This document shows positions 1 through 11,820 of a DNA stretch of 59,871 bases, in pieces. Source of the DNA: Octopus bimaculoides. Lineage: Eukaryota. Location of the stretch: the NCBI RefSeq assembly GCF_001194135.2, contig NC_068981.1, positions 162,187,758 through 162,247,628 on the forward strand, read 5' to 3'. The notes below the pieces were generated by a model. The model was not told where the DNA came from and did no database searches. It worked only from the letters and a program-made list of their open reading frames with translations. The position numbers and the translations under genes are program-made. Each line of letters starts with the position of its first letter. Positions within the stretch are counted from its first letter, which is position 1.

Positions 1-173
1 CATATGTATATTATATGTGTTTATATATGAGTGTGTTTATGTTTACCTATCTATCTATGTATATGTGAGTGTGTGTGTTTATGTGTGTGTGTATGTGTGT
101 GCGCATACGTGTGTACACCATAAATATCAGAGATACCTTAAACTTAGACAGTACAGGCATGTGTGTATAAATA

Positions 174-221
<48 letters not shown>

Positions 222-1045
222 TATATATATGCATATATGTATATATATATATATATATATGCATATATATACATACACATATACACACACATACACACAT
301 ATACATACATGCATACATGTATACCTACATACATACATACAAACATACATAGACAACCGCACATACATAGACAACCACACATACATAGACAACCACACAT
401 ACACACACATACATACTTATATACACATACTATATAGTGTGCATGTATTCATATTTACCATATAACTATTTTTATATCACAAGGTATATATAAATATATT
501 TACATTTCTCACTACCACCTGTCTTGTTTACCTCTATTCATTTTGCTGGTGTTTTGCTATGGAAAATATAACTTCTATGAAATGTAAAAGTAATTTTTTT
601 TTGTTAACACATTTATTTTCCTTTTATATACATACATACATACATAATACATACATACATACATACACATATATATATACTAATAAATATGTATACATCC
701 ATATATACATATACACATACATATATGTATGTATGCATGTATATATGTATGTGTATATGTGTGTATGTGTGTATGTATGTTTATATGTATCTATGTATGT
801 ATGTGTATGTGTGTATGTGTATGTGTGTATGTATGCATGTCTGCATGAGTGTACATATATGTATGTATGCATGTAAATATGTGCATGTATGTATGTGTGT
901 ATGTATGTATGTATGTTTGTATGTATGTATATATGTATGTGTACATGTATGTAGTTATGTATGTAGTTATGTATGTATGTGTGTATGTATGTTTTATGTA
1001 TGTAAGTATGTTTGTATGTATGTGTGTATGTCTGTGTACACATGT
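1..1045. repeat. Compound microsatellite (TA/TG/CA/TATG/CATA)
   Basis: Continuous low-complexity di- and tetranucleotide repeats; source of the Y/I/H/T/V/C/M ORFs in the track. Confidence 0.95.
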
Positions 1046-1423
1046 CTTTTTTTAGTTCTTTTCAGAAGCTACATATTTAGTCTGTTATTTTTTAGACATC
1101 CACTTTCATACTTATTGATTCTCTTTAAAGTTTCCACATAAATCCCCTGTATTTTGTTTACACTTTCTAAATGTTTTGCTTACAAATAAGCACCTGACAT
1201 TCGACACAGGGTGTGTATATAAGTTCATCTGAACTATCTTTTCTTTTTCTGTCATTGGATTGTAACCATGCAGTACCACTCCCAGAGGGATTTCCGTCAG
1301 TTATATCACCTCCTGTTGCTACAGTCTTCTCTGTTGTTATTGACTATTCTTTAATGAATGTCTAAGTTCACTAGAGTCATGTCCCTTCTCTCAGTCATCT
1401 CGTTTATAAATCTAAATACCATG

Positions 1424-1485
<62 letters not shown>

Positions 1486-1646
1486 TTGAATGCCTTTGTG
1501 AAAATCGCTTAATGTAGTTTTTAAGTATAAAGGGGATTTTTTAAAATTATCTTTTTAAAAAGTTATAAATTCTTTTTTTAGGATGTTAGTAACCTTTTGG
1601 AAGAGTTTTTTCCCTAGTGTGGGTGAGCACTTTCAATTAACCTTTA

Positions 1647-1681
<35 letters not shown>

Positions 1682-1728
1682 ACGTATGTAGGTATGTATG
1701 TATACATAATAATTGATGAAAGTAACGA

Positions 1729-2061
1729 AAGATAGATTTAGCACTAGTCTCTGTTCAGTACAACAATCATTTTGGCCCATCCTGCAACTGTCTGTTATGG
1801 GTAGGATTTTGTGCATCTAATTGGGTTCCATCAATCTGTGCTGTTGGTGTCACATCAGGTACATGCATAAAGAAGGAGATGTCCCATTAGGTATACTGAG
1901 ATGTGCTAGGCATGTTGTTTGTGCCTGCTGTATTTTGGTTATGGCCGGCTACAGTTGATGCAACACAACTAGATGCACAAAATCCTACCCATAACGGATA
2001 GTTGCAGGATTGGTCAAACTGATCATCATACTGAATAAAGACTAGTGCTAAAATCTATCTT
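1729..2061. mobile_element. MITE/fold-back element with ~110-bp terminal inverted repeats
   Basis: Left arm aagatagatttagcactagtctctgttcagta...catcctgcaactgtctgttatgggtaggattttgtgcatcta is the reverse complement of right arm tagatgcacaaaatcctacccataacggatagttgcaggat...tactgaataaagactagtgctaaaatctatctt. Confidence 0.75.
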
Positions 2062-2227
2062 CTATTTCCATGACCAATTATTATTATCTCAACTAACACT
2101 GTGGAATTCCTGATGTAGATCCAGCCAAAATATACCCCAACCATGGATGACACCAGGTAGCCCAATCTGTGAAGGTGCTTTGTTCAACACACTAATTGAC
2201 ATATACCCATTGCTCCAAAAAATTACA

Positions 2228-2264
<37 letters not shown>

Positions 2265-2417
2265 TAAAGATTATTTGCCAAAATAATGTGGCAACTGAAT
2301 GTTACTGTTATTAAGCCCCGAGAAACATTGTCTCCAGCTGGCTATACAACACACTATCTGTGTCTTTATATTTTCGAACAAGAGAGTTTAGCACCCCCAA
2401 TCAGCACAAAACAATAT

Positions 2418-2460
2418 CTGTGCATCAAGATTTCTGAGTTATTTCCCTTCATCAGCACAG
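2418..2460 (-). ncRNA. Minimal type I hammerhead ribozyme-like motif (probably inactivated)
   Basis: Minus strand reads ctgtg-CTGATGA-agggaaataactca-GAAA-tcttga-TG-cacag. Stem I is CUGUG/CACAG, both core boxes are present, and the cleavage-site nucleotide is G (non-cleavable). Confidence 0.55.
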
Positions 2461-2556
2461 AATAACTGTTCAGCTAGAGGTGGCGCTGCTAAATTCTTGT
2501 TTGAAACATAGTTTTTCAAAGTGACACACAGTCACTGATCTAATAAAATAAAAAAA

Positions 2557-2792
2557 ATTTCTATTTGTAAATCTCTGAACGGGAGACATTCAGTAACAGT
2601 ACTCTAGAGTAAAGATTATTTGCCAACATAATGTGGCAGTTGAATGTTACTGTTATTTAGCCCTAGGAAACATCGATATTTCCTGAGGCTAAATAACAGT
2701 AACATTTGACTGCCACGTTAATTTGGCAAATAATCTTTACTCTAGAGTACTGTTACTGAATGTCTGTCGATGAGAGATTTACAAATAGAAAT
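2557..2792. repeat. Head-to-head inverted duplication of a structured interspersed repeat
   Basis: Arms 2557-2668 and 2680-2792 are near-perfect reverse complements around an ~11-nt spacer. Confidence 0.85.
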
Positions 2793-3113
2793 TATATGAA
2801 TATATATATAGAGAGAGGGTGATAAATTGAATATTAATTCAATTTAAAAACAAGTGGCTTAGCATATAAAAAATCTGAAAATTCAGAAAAAGACCCTCTA
2901 TATATAAATAATAATTTAAATAATTATGTTCTCCAGCTGGCAACATATAATGCAGTGAATTATTCTCTGCAGAATTGTTTCCAGAATTTGGTACGCCAGA
3001 GCTGAGACATTTTGAAAAATAACCCCAATGTAATCAGTAGAACTGTACGCAAGTCTTATTTTATGAAGACAATTCGTGTATAGTTCTGCAAATTATATTT
3101 ATTCTAGAACGAC

Positions 3114-3177
3114 TGTACTGATGAGAATACGAATGTTGTTACATGAGTAAAATGTTAATGTTAGAAACCGGTACACA
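3114..3177 (+). ncRNA. Decayed hammerhead ribozyme-like motif
   Basis: tgta-CTGATGA(3118-3124)...GAAA(3164-3167)-CCGG-TA-caca. Stem III is the palindrome ACCGGU with a GUA triplet; stem II is degenerate. Confidence 0.5.
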
Positions 3178-3334
3178 ATTAATTCTTTATTCTGTGTATT
3201 TCTCATTTTGTCTTGTTCTGGTGTTTTGCGAAATTTTTTCTGGAGAACATTATTTTTCTTTGTGGTTGGGTCGTTGATGACCTCTTTCTAGCATATAGGA
3301 TGTCCACTTAGTGGTTATCCCTTCTTATACACAT

Positions 3335-3417
<83 letters not shown>

Positions 3418-4324
3418 AGTAAAACCATAAAGAATGAAAATGCATCATCAATGATTTATTTTACTTACGCATGTTTCAAATAGTTCAGCAAAATTCATCT
3501 ATCTATTGCACATTGAAGTTTGCATGCTCAATCAATCCATCAGTTGATTAATTAATTAACCAAAGTTACAATAAAATCATTCATTTTTGCTAGACTTTAT
3601 TTACAATAAGACCTTGTGGAAGAGGTTTTTCATAGACTATACATGTCAGATTTATATCCTTATTTTATCACTCAGTGTCTCTTCTAGAGTCATGGAAGGT
3701 AGTTTTTATATCAGATTCTATTAATTAAATAACTGCTACAGGGAAGGATAGCAACAGACTTTGGATTTTGCCAAAATAAATTTGTGCCTTAGTTTGTAAT
3801 GTTCTTAAGTGCAAAATAATATAGTTAAAGGCAGATTGTATTGTCAAAAAAATTGCAAATTTAAAGGAAATTAATATCTATTAAGATTATTAGGGAATTA
3901 CAGAATTTTGGCTGTATTTACATTGGATGAATTTCTATTAAGTTCAATAGCATTAAATAATGTGTATGTCATTTTCAGTTTTATTTCAAGATTTCTTGCC
4001 AATAGAGAAAGAGCTGGTTTCTAACCAAGATTCAAGGCTCCTTCGTTGGAATTTCAACATCAACAACAGGGTATTTTTGTTTGCATGTATGTATGTATGT
4101 TTGCAGATTTATATGTGTTGCTTTATGTCTGTATTCTCTTTATGTCTGTATTCTCACACAGCCCCTCGTCGTGGGGGATCACTGTATAGAGGCTCTGCAT
4201 GTCTAGACATGCTCATATATATTTAAATGCTAAACTTCTGGAAAGTTTTACAGATTTTTATAGTTATGTATGTATGTATGTATGTATGTATGTATGTATG
4301 AGCATATATATGTACATATGTAAC

Positions 4325-4495
4325 ACAGCGATCTGGCAGAATCATTAGCACATCAGGCTAAGTACTAAGTGGTATTTTGTCTGTCTTTAAAGTTCAAATT
4401 CTGCCAAGGTTGACTTTGCCTTTCAGCCTTTCAAGGTTGGTAAGATAAGTACCAGTTGAACACTGGGGTCAATGTAATCGACTTAACTCCTCCAG
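4325..4495 (+). mobile_element. tRNA-derived SINE, family C
   Basis: A-box-like tggcagaatcattag, B-box-like gttcaaattc, body gactttgcctttca...aagtaccagttgaacactggggtcaatgtaatcgactt. Other copies lie at about 15390-15530(-), 18850-19000(-), 23765-23980(-), 27518-27607(+), 34670-34800(+), 36090-36300(-), 39285-39475(-), 39540-39680(+), 39790-39975(+), 58808-59020(-) and 59035-59250(-). Confidence 0.8.
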
Positions 4496-4743
4496 GGTAA
4501 GAGTATAAAAACTGCTCCCTTCTGCTATGTCATGTCAAGCTAGTGTGGCTGAGTGGTCTCATCAAACCAGTATGATCTCAAACTTAAATTCATGACCTCC
4601 ACATCAGACCATAGTTGGTGGAGAGAACATGCTGAAGGATTTATCTTGCGGCGGATTGAACATGGGCAATCCAATCCATTTCAATGTACATATGAATGTA
4701 TATATACTATTCAAAAGACAAGTTAAATAGTGAAGCTTTAGAT

Positions 4744-4810
4744 TAGTGATCCCCAAACTGTTTCAGACTGCCGCCCCCTTGGCCCCTATGTCACACTCCT
4801 AGCGCCCCCC
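4744..4810 (+). mobile_element. hAT (Charlie-like) terminal fragment
   Basis: tagtgatccccaaactgtttcagactgccgccccctt resembles hAT-Charlie MITE ends; no partner end was found. Confidence 0.4.
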
Positions 4811-4909
4811 ACTCACCACCACAAACACAGTCCATTTTCTGCAGCAAATTCATAGCAGTAGTATTTCACAAATAAGACTTAATCTAATTAACCCAGTTTC
4901 CTGGTTTCA

Positions 4910-5130
4910 TCATCATCATCAGCAGCACCATCCTTTAGCATCTGCTTTCCATGCTGGCAAGGTTTAAGATGGATTGACTGAAACTAGTAAGCTGTAGGGC
5001 TACACCAGTTCCCAATCTGATTTGGCATGGTTTCTCCAGCTGGATGCCCTTCCTAACACCACCTACTCCAAGAGTGTAATGGGCGCTTTTTACATACCAC
5101 TGGCACAGGTGCCAGTTACATGACACCGGC
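4910..5130 (-). mobile_element. SINE family D (GAT tail, internal subrepeats)
   Basis: Shared body ctttccatgctggc...ctacagctggatgcccttcctaacaccaacc and (CAT)n tail. Other copies lie at about 10670-10860(-), 22707-22860(+), 30235-30490(+), 32225-32338(+), 32900-33040(-) and 44869-45025(+). Confidence 0.75.
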
Positions 5131-5490
5131 ATATGCCGTGACTATGATTTCACTAGGCTTCACCTGTTTTCTCAAGCGTGGTATATCACCAATGGTCTCA
5201 GTCACTTATCATTGCCTCCATGAAGCCCAATGTTTGAAGATTGTGCTTCACCACTTTGTCTTCCTGGGTCTACTCCTTCCACAGATTCCCTCCACAGCTA
5301 GAGGTCAGCACTTCTTTACACAACTCTCCTTGTCCACATGCATCACATGACCACACCAACACAGCTGTCTCTCTTGCATGCCACATCTGATGCCTTTTAT
5401 GCCCAACTTTTCATGCAAGATGCTTACACTGTCCTACATGCACACAGACATTGCACATCCAGCAAAGCATACAAGCTTCCATGGCATATA

Positions 5491-5860
5491 CAGGGTGTCC
5501 ACAAAGTCTGGGTACATGGGGATTAACATATACTTTTAAAACAAAACAATTTTATTTGATTATAACGTTAATAAATAATATTTTCAAAACGATTTCCATC
5601 ATTTTTAATGCATAACTTGATGCACCTTGCAAAATTCATGCGAACTCGATTAAATAAGTCTACATTGCCATCAATTTCAGCACACTGACTGGTACTGCGT
5701 TCTCTCATGTGGTTTAAATCTGTGATCTTTATTGAGTAAACTTTCTCTTTCAGCATACCCCAGAAAAAGAAGTCAAGGAGAGAAAGGTCCGGTTAACGAG
5801 GGGATTGTATTATGTTATGATTTTATTTATTCAATGTACCCAGATTTTGTGGACACCCTG
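5491..5860 (-). mobile_element. Internally deleted Tc1/mariner element retaining the transposase C-terminus
   Basis: TIRs cagggtgtccacaaagtctgggtaca / tgtacccagattttgtggacaccctg, each flanked by TA. The minus strand encodes ...DFFFWGMLKEKVYS... (C-terminal catalytic-Asp region, frameshifted) through ...CIKNDGNRFE. Confidence 0.9.
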
Positions 5861-6140
5861 TATATTTCCCACATAGACAGGACACTGGTTCATTGCAGGG
5901 CTATTAATTTTTGCCAGGTCAGTGAACTGGAGCAATGTGAAATGAAGTGTTTTTCTCAAGAACACAATGAGTCACCCAGTCCAGGAATCAGAACCACAAT
6001 CTTACGATCATGAGCCCAGCACCCTAACCACTAAGCCATGCACCTCCATGTGCGTACGGAATACCACAAATAAATAAATAATTAACTCGGGTAATTCTTT
6101 CCAGGTCTTCATTTAAACACACTTATTCCTTCTCATTGAG

Positions 6141-6245
6141 AAGAAGAAGAAGAAGAAGAAGAAGAAGAAGAAGAAGAAGAAGAAGAAGAAGAAGAAGAAG
6201 AAGAAGAAGAAGAAGAAGAAGAAGAAGAAGAAGAAGAAGAAGAAG
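6141..6245. repeat. (AAG)n microsatellite
   Basis: About 35 perfect AAG units. Confidence 0.98.
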
Positions 6246-6408
6246 CAGCAGCTTTGAGTTTTACTCATGAAATATGAACATGATGGTGCAAGTGAGAGGT
6301 GGCAGCTGTCTTTCTCAAGTATGTGACCTTTTAATTTAGTGCCAATGTTAATTAGATTAGATTATATTGTCTTAATTTAGACTATTCCCACTACATACAC
6401 AGCACACA

Positions 6409-6452
<44 letters not shown>

Positions 6453-6787
6453 TACACAAACATACACATATGCATACACGTACACATACACACATACAGA
6501 TGCACTATCTTTTAAAATGCTATCTTTGATACAAGATCTCCTGATCTCATAACAAATTCCATTCTATTGATTCACAGCTATTGAACAGCTTGGTTGGCTA
6601 GCTGGCTGGCTGGCTGGTTGGCTGGCTGGTTGGCTAGCTGGCTGGCTGGCTGGTTGGCTTGGCTTGGCTGGTTACAGCTAACAATGCCTGACCTCTTAAC
6701 CTATTCCTCTAATTCTCATTACTACTCTTAGGTGTTAGTAACCAGAAGCTGGGATGAAAGCTGGAAGAAGCCATACATATGTACATG

Positions 6788-6839
<52 letters not shown>

Positions 6840-7634
6840 AACGATGATGATGATAATGATGATATATATATGTATATATATGTATATGTGTATAAATGTA
6901 TATGTTTATATATATGTATGCATGTGTGTGTGTATATATATATACACACATATATATATATATACATACACATACATATATATATATACTATGTGTTTGC
7001 AGACAGTGTGTGAATTCCCAATTTATATATTGTGGTATCTTCACAAGTAAACCTACATACAAGCAAATATCACTCACAAATTTATTACCAACATTCGCAG
7101 ACTCCCTGAAGACTTATTAAACTCGGTGCCCTTCATTAATGCAGAGAGCAATATACCGAAATCTTTCGAAACGATCAAGTCAAAATGTTTAGCTTCCAAA
7201 TGTTTGATTCTATGATTCTATCAATATTTCTTCATGTAAATGAACTCTCATAAATGGTTGCAGATCTGTGTTATAATGTTGTTAAAACTCACTGTGTCCA
7301 TAATGCATGCAGCATCCATTTACTGGTGCTGGAATAAACATGAAAGAGCCAGAATACAACTGACAGATTCTACTAGAAAATTTTTGACTCTGCAAAATTT
7401 TCGAAATGAAAATTCAGATAAATCACTAAAGTTGTTGTATGAGGGGGCAGGGGATTGCGGTGGTGACAGTGGTAGGGGAAAATCAACAAAAAGCAAAAAC
7501 AACACCCTCCACCGCCATCCAAAAGGATAAAAACATTGCCAAAACAAAGGCAAGAACCAAACAAAGCTTTTACTTGCAGTGTTATTGAGCTGTTGTTTGT
7601 CTTCATATATATATTTATATAAATATATATATGA

Positions 7635-7742
7635 TATGATATATCATCATCATCATCACCACTACCACCACCACCACCACCACCACCTCCATCATCATCA
7701 TCATCAACATCAACATCAACATCATCATCATCATCATCATCC

Positions 7743-7775
<33 letters not shown>

Positions 7776-7807
7776 CCACCACCACCACCACCACCACTTC
7801 CACCACT

Positions 7808-7843
<36 letters not shown>

Positions 7844-7845
7844 TG
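7635..7845. repeat. (CAT)n/(CAC)n compound microsatellite
   Basis: Direct reading; gives the poly-H, poly-D/G and poly-M/V ORFs. Confidence 0.95.
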
Positions 7846-8821
7846 TGATATTCCTCCTCCTCTTCATTATTATTTATATATTCCACTCATCATTTTAATC
7901 ACCATTCCTTAATGGTGACAAACCAAGTCAGTATTGAAAAATCAAACAATTTTTATGAATGAAACCTTCGTTTTATAAATAACAAGGGATTCTTTGTACC
8001 AGGAGTGAGAAAACCCTACTCAATCATGAATGAAATTTCCACCAAATTCAACTTTGAAGCCATTTCTTGCTGAAATCTCAACAAAAAAAAAAAACTTTCT
8101 CAAAATAACAAAGCAAAACATTTTAAGATTTGTCTTCCTTCGTTATTTCGACAAAAACAGTAATTAAAAATAAGATCAGTAATTTAACATAAATTGCACA
8201 TCTAATGAATTTGTAAAATTAATGACTCATTCATTTTCTCAGCAAGGATATCATTCCTCACTGCCCCCTACAGGTGCAATTTGCCCCCTGATATAAATAC
8301 GAATTTTCATCTCTCCTTAGTACAGTTACTTGACCTTTTAGGAATAGTACCTTAGAAAGGGTACAATTAAAAGGTACTGTTATCATTAAAACAGTAAGAT
8401 ATCTTTTATCATCCACTTGTTTCAGTCACAGGGCTGTGGTCATGCTGGGGCACCATCTTGAAGGGTTTAGTTGAACAAATCAACTGCCAGTACTTATTTT
8501 TTAAGTGTTATTCTTACTCTGTCTTTTTGCTCATCTGCTCAGTTACAAGGACGTAAACAAACCAATACCGGTTGCCAAGCAGTGGAGTTGGAGGCACAAA
8601 CATGAACATACACATATACATTCATACACACATACACACATAAATACTTACATACACACATACACACATAAATGCATACATACATACATACACAAATACA
8701 TACATACACAAATACATACATACACAAATACATACATACATAATACATACATGCATGCATACACACACACATGCATACACACATACACACATGCATACAT
8801 ACATACACACACACATATACA

Positions 8822-9200
8822 TAACAGGCTGGATATTGTTGTTTGGGACAGAGGGGCAAAGGTATGTACCATCATAGAGGTCAGCTGCCCTGCAGATATA
8901 AATACCTCTTTCAAAATCAAAGGAAAAGAGGATATCTATGGACAACTGTTTTGAAACCTCCAGTTCCTATACTAATAATAATTGGAGCACTAGGTTTTGT
9001 TAGTAAATACTTAAAGGAGAATCCAGATAAACTGGGATTTTCAGAAAGAGAAATCAACCAACTAATTCGTACATTACAAGTGCAAGATTTTTCTCAAGTT
9101 CCAAATGTGAATTTGTCTGTGGTTAACTACATCCTAAAGATGGAGCCTTGTATCTTTGTTGGAAACCGGCTCCCTCCTCAGTGGAAGATTTATATGATTA
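8822..9200 (+). mobile_element. RLE-type non-LTR retrotransposon 3' remnant (restriction-like endonuclease domain)
   Basis: HNRLDIVVWDRGAKVCTIIEVSCPADIN...KEDIYGQL then IIIGALGFV matches the PD-(D/E)xK RLE domain of R2/R4/NeSL/HERO-type elements. It is frameshifted and flanked by (CATA)n on both sides. Confidence 0.8.
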
Positions 9201-9304
9201 ANNNNNNNNNNGAAGAGACATACCTACATACACACACACACACATACATACATGCATGAATGCATACATACATACATACATACATACATACATACATACA
9301 TACA

Positions 9305-9337
<33 letters not shown>

Positions 9338-9399
9338 GTATATTCCTCTAAGGCCAAATGCAGAAAGTAAAACTGATACAAAAAACTGACTCTATAGAA

Positions 9400-10121
9400 A
9401 TATAAAATGGCATTGAATAATGATCCAAATACTGGAAAGTTCTGTTATATTCAAACTTTGCAGAACTCTTAGCAGTTCATAAATTATGGTTGGTATGGGA
9501 AACTTCAAGATTGTTTGCTGGATTAATGCAAGTGCCTTATTGAGCTACCGAGACTCAATCAAATATATTAATATTGCCTTATCAAATGCATTTTTTTCTC
9601 AACTTTTCAAAAGCATATTGTCCTTCTTATCCTATTTAAGGTTATCTTTATATTTTAATTTCAGTTTATAAAGGAATCATTTCCTAGCTTGTAGCTCCCC
9701 ATTGACTACATACAGCACTGGATTAACCATTAAACAAAATAAGCATGTGCTTAGGGCATCAAGGGAAGGAGGGGGTATCACAGAAATGGTAAATGGTTTA
9801 CAGCACAAAAGAAATCACTTTAAATTTGCTAAAATAATATTCCGGATGCCTTTATCTCTACTAAGTATAGAAGCAGATGTGTTGCCTAAGATTAATTTTG
9901 AGGATCTGATCAAAGACTTTGCAATTTGAAAAAGTAGGAGGAAATTTTTCAAATATAGATAAAGTGGAATTAAACAAAAATAAACATTATTTTCCCTCTT
10001 ACTGTTTTGTTTCGTTTTGAAAAATAAAAAATTATTTTATGGTTTGTTATTGTTTATATTTTAAATTAGATAATCTTTTATGAGGGCACCAACGGGTCTC
10101 GATGGGTTTTAATCTGGACCT
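9400..10121 (+). mobile_element. hAT transposon 3' remnant (dimerisation domain and terminus)
   Basis: LSLLSIEADVLPKINFEDLIKDFAI*KSRRK resembles the hAT C-terminal dimerisation domain. The end taatctggacctg resembles Tip100/hAT TIRs (taatccggccctg). Confidence 0.7.
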
Positions 10122-10869
10122 GACTACATACTTTCATTCATCTTCTATACACACTATAAGGCCTACTCACTTCATTCTGTGACATTGTAAGAGAGTTTCT
10201 ATGCTTACAACTCACGAATTCCAAAACCTCAACACCAGTCATCAAGTCTCTCCAAGATATATGCAAAATTTGTCAAAACACTTTTAATGGAAACACTTTA
10301 ACTGATTTACATATTTTCAATATAATGTCCATATTTCATGGACACACAACAAAATAAACAGGAGACATGTTTTGAAATTAAATATTTTAATGTCATTTTT
10401 TTATATGATTGAGACCATAGTAAAGATCATAATTTTCTAAAAGACATTCATTCAGGATTTTTAAATTCTGTTTCCAGTTTTGTCCTCGAGAGTTGAATCT
10501 CACTTTAACATGTTGTAGGATATTTAAAGGAAGCTATGTTTTCCTAAGTTTTACCATATACCACTATTGTAGTGTCCAGGTGAGGCATTCTAGGACAGAG
10601 CTGATAAAGAATAACAATTTTACTCACACTTATATATCATAATCACCATAATTTAATGCTTATCTCCTATGTTGGCACGGGGTGGATCGTTTGACATGAT
10701 CTGATTAGCCTGAACACTTGGAGGATTTCAGTACCTCCTTTCTACAGCTGGATACCCTTCCTAACATCAACCACTTTGAAGAATCTATTAAGTGCTTTTC
10801 TGTGACACCAGCACTAGTAAGGTCACCAAGTAATTCACAGAACATGACCCCTTGCTTGAGTGGTACTGA

Positions 10870-11590
10870 GGGAAGTGGCTTTGTACTGGGTATTGAGAGG
10901 CTAAAGTATGAAAGAGGAACAGTTATCTTGCTGTAGAGGAGATACGTGGTGATTCCAGTAGGAAAGTAAAAAAGGGCAGTGGAGATGAAGATACAGGAAA
11001 GCTGAACAGAGAGAGAATAGGGTTTGAAAATTGAGGATGGCTGGGAAAGTGAGTAAGTTCATGAGAATGTGATGGGAGAATGATTAACAGATGAGATGAA
11101 GACAGAAGTGAATACAGTGAATGGTGAACATGGATGGCAGCATGGATAATGGCAAGTCCCAGTTTGAGGAGAATTCAAGGAAAATAGAAGTTGGTCATAG
11201 AGGATGAGGTAGCAGGTGTTAATATACACATAAGTGTTGTAATCCAATATCGGACTGCTGTAATGTCCACTCCAGTATAGCAGTACAGTTAGTTAGACAA
11301 GTAAGGACATGACTATCTATGACTGACTTTGCCAACTTCTTAACCACTTGACTTCCTACATCAGAGGATTTGTAATGACAAGCACATACCACTCATCATG
11401 TGGGAGGAGCGGTCCATTATTACTATTATCCCCATAACAAGAAGAAAGGAGAAGCATGGAGAACTGCAGGATAATAAAAACTGTAGACAACTGAGAATTA
11501 AAGCAATGGGATGAAGTATGGGGAAGAAGCACAAGGACAGACAGAGGTTAGAAGTATATAGTGTGTAAGGTTGAATAAAGTGAGTTACAA
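10870..11590. mobile_element. Highly decayed Penelope-like element remnant
   Basis: Purine-rich antisense tract. Minus-strand GTCHYPCCHPCSPF resembles the Cys-rich linker before GIY-YIG, and a degenerate GQTGR-like segment lies near 11285-11400. Confidence 0.3.
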
Positions 11591-11820
11591 GAGGGTGGCT
11601 TAGTGGTTAGGGTGTTGATCTCATGATTGTGGTTTTGATTCCTGGACCAGGCAATGCATTGTGTTCTTGAGCAAAACACTTTATTTTCATGTTGCTCCAG
11701 GCCACTCAGCTGGCAAAAATGAGTAATCCTGCAACGACCTTTGTCCCGTCCAGGTGGGAAATATATGCACCATGAAACTGGGAATCTGACCCTTATGAGA
11801 CGGTATGACTTGAGAAGGTA
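11590..11820 (+). mobile_element. tRNA-derived SINE, family E
   Basis: A-box tggcttagtggttag, B-box-like ttttgattcctggacc, body gtgttcttgagcaaaacactt. Other copies lie at about 5870-6050(-), 13680-13945(-) and 34860-35160(-). Confidence 0.75.

Noticed and set aside
17-1141. Long Y/I/H/T/V/C/M-rich ORFs here and at 6709-7120, 8505-8945, 19562-20235, 22493-23033, 26970-27275 and 43136-43756
   Set aside because: Translations of di- and tetranucleotide microsatellites, which lack stop codons by construction.
3960-4226. Apparent exon DFLPIEKELVSNQDSRLLRWNFNINNR bounded by AG/GT
   Set aside because: No recognisable family and only a weak donor (gtattt). From recall, not verified, the segment with its internal (TATG)n resembles a common octopus interspersed repeat read antisense.
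7100-7181. CTGAAGA...GAAACGATC hammerhead-like motif
   Set aside because: Stems I, II and III all pair poorly; at best a heavily decayed copy.
7373-7867. Poly-Asp/Gly 164-aa ORF and the overlapping poly-His ORF
   Set aside because: Derived from the (CAT)n/(CAC)n microsatellite.
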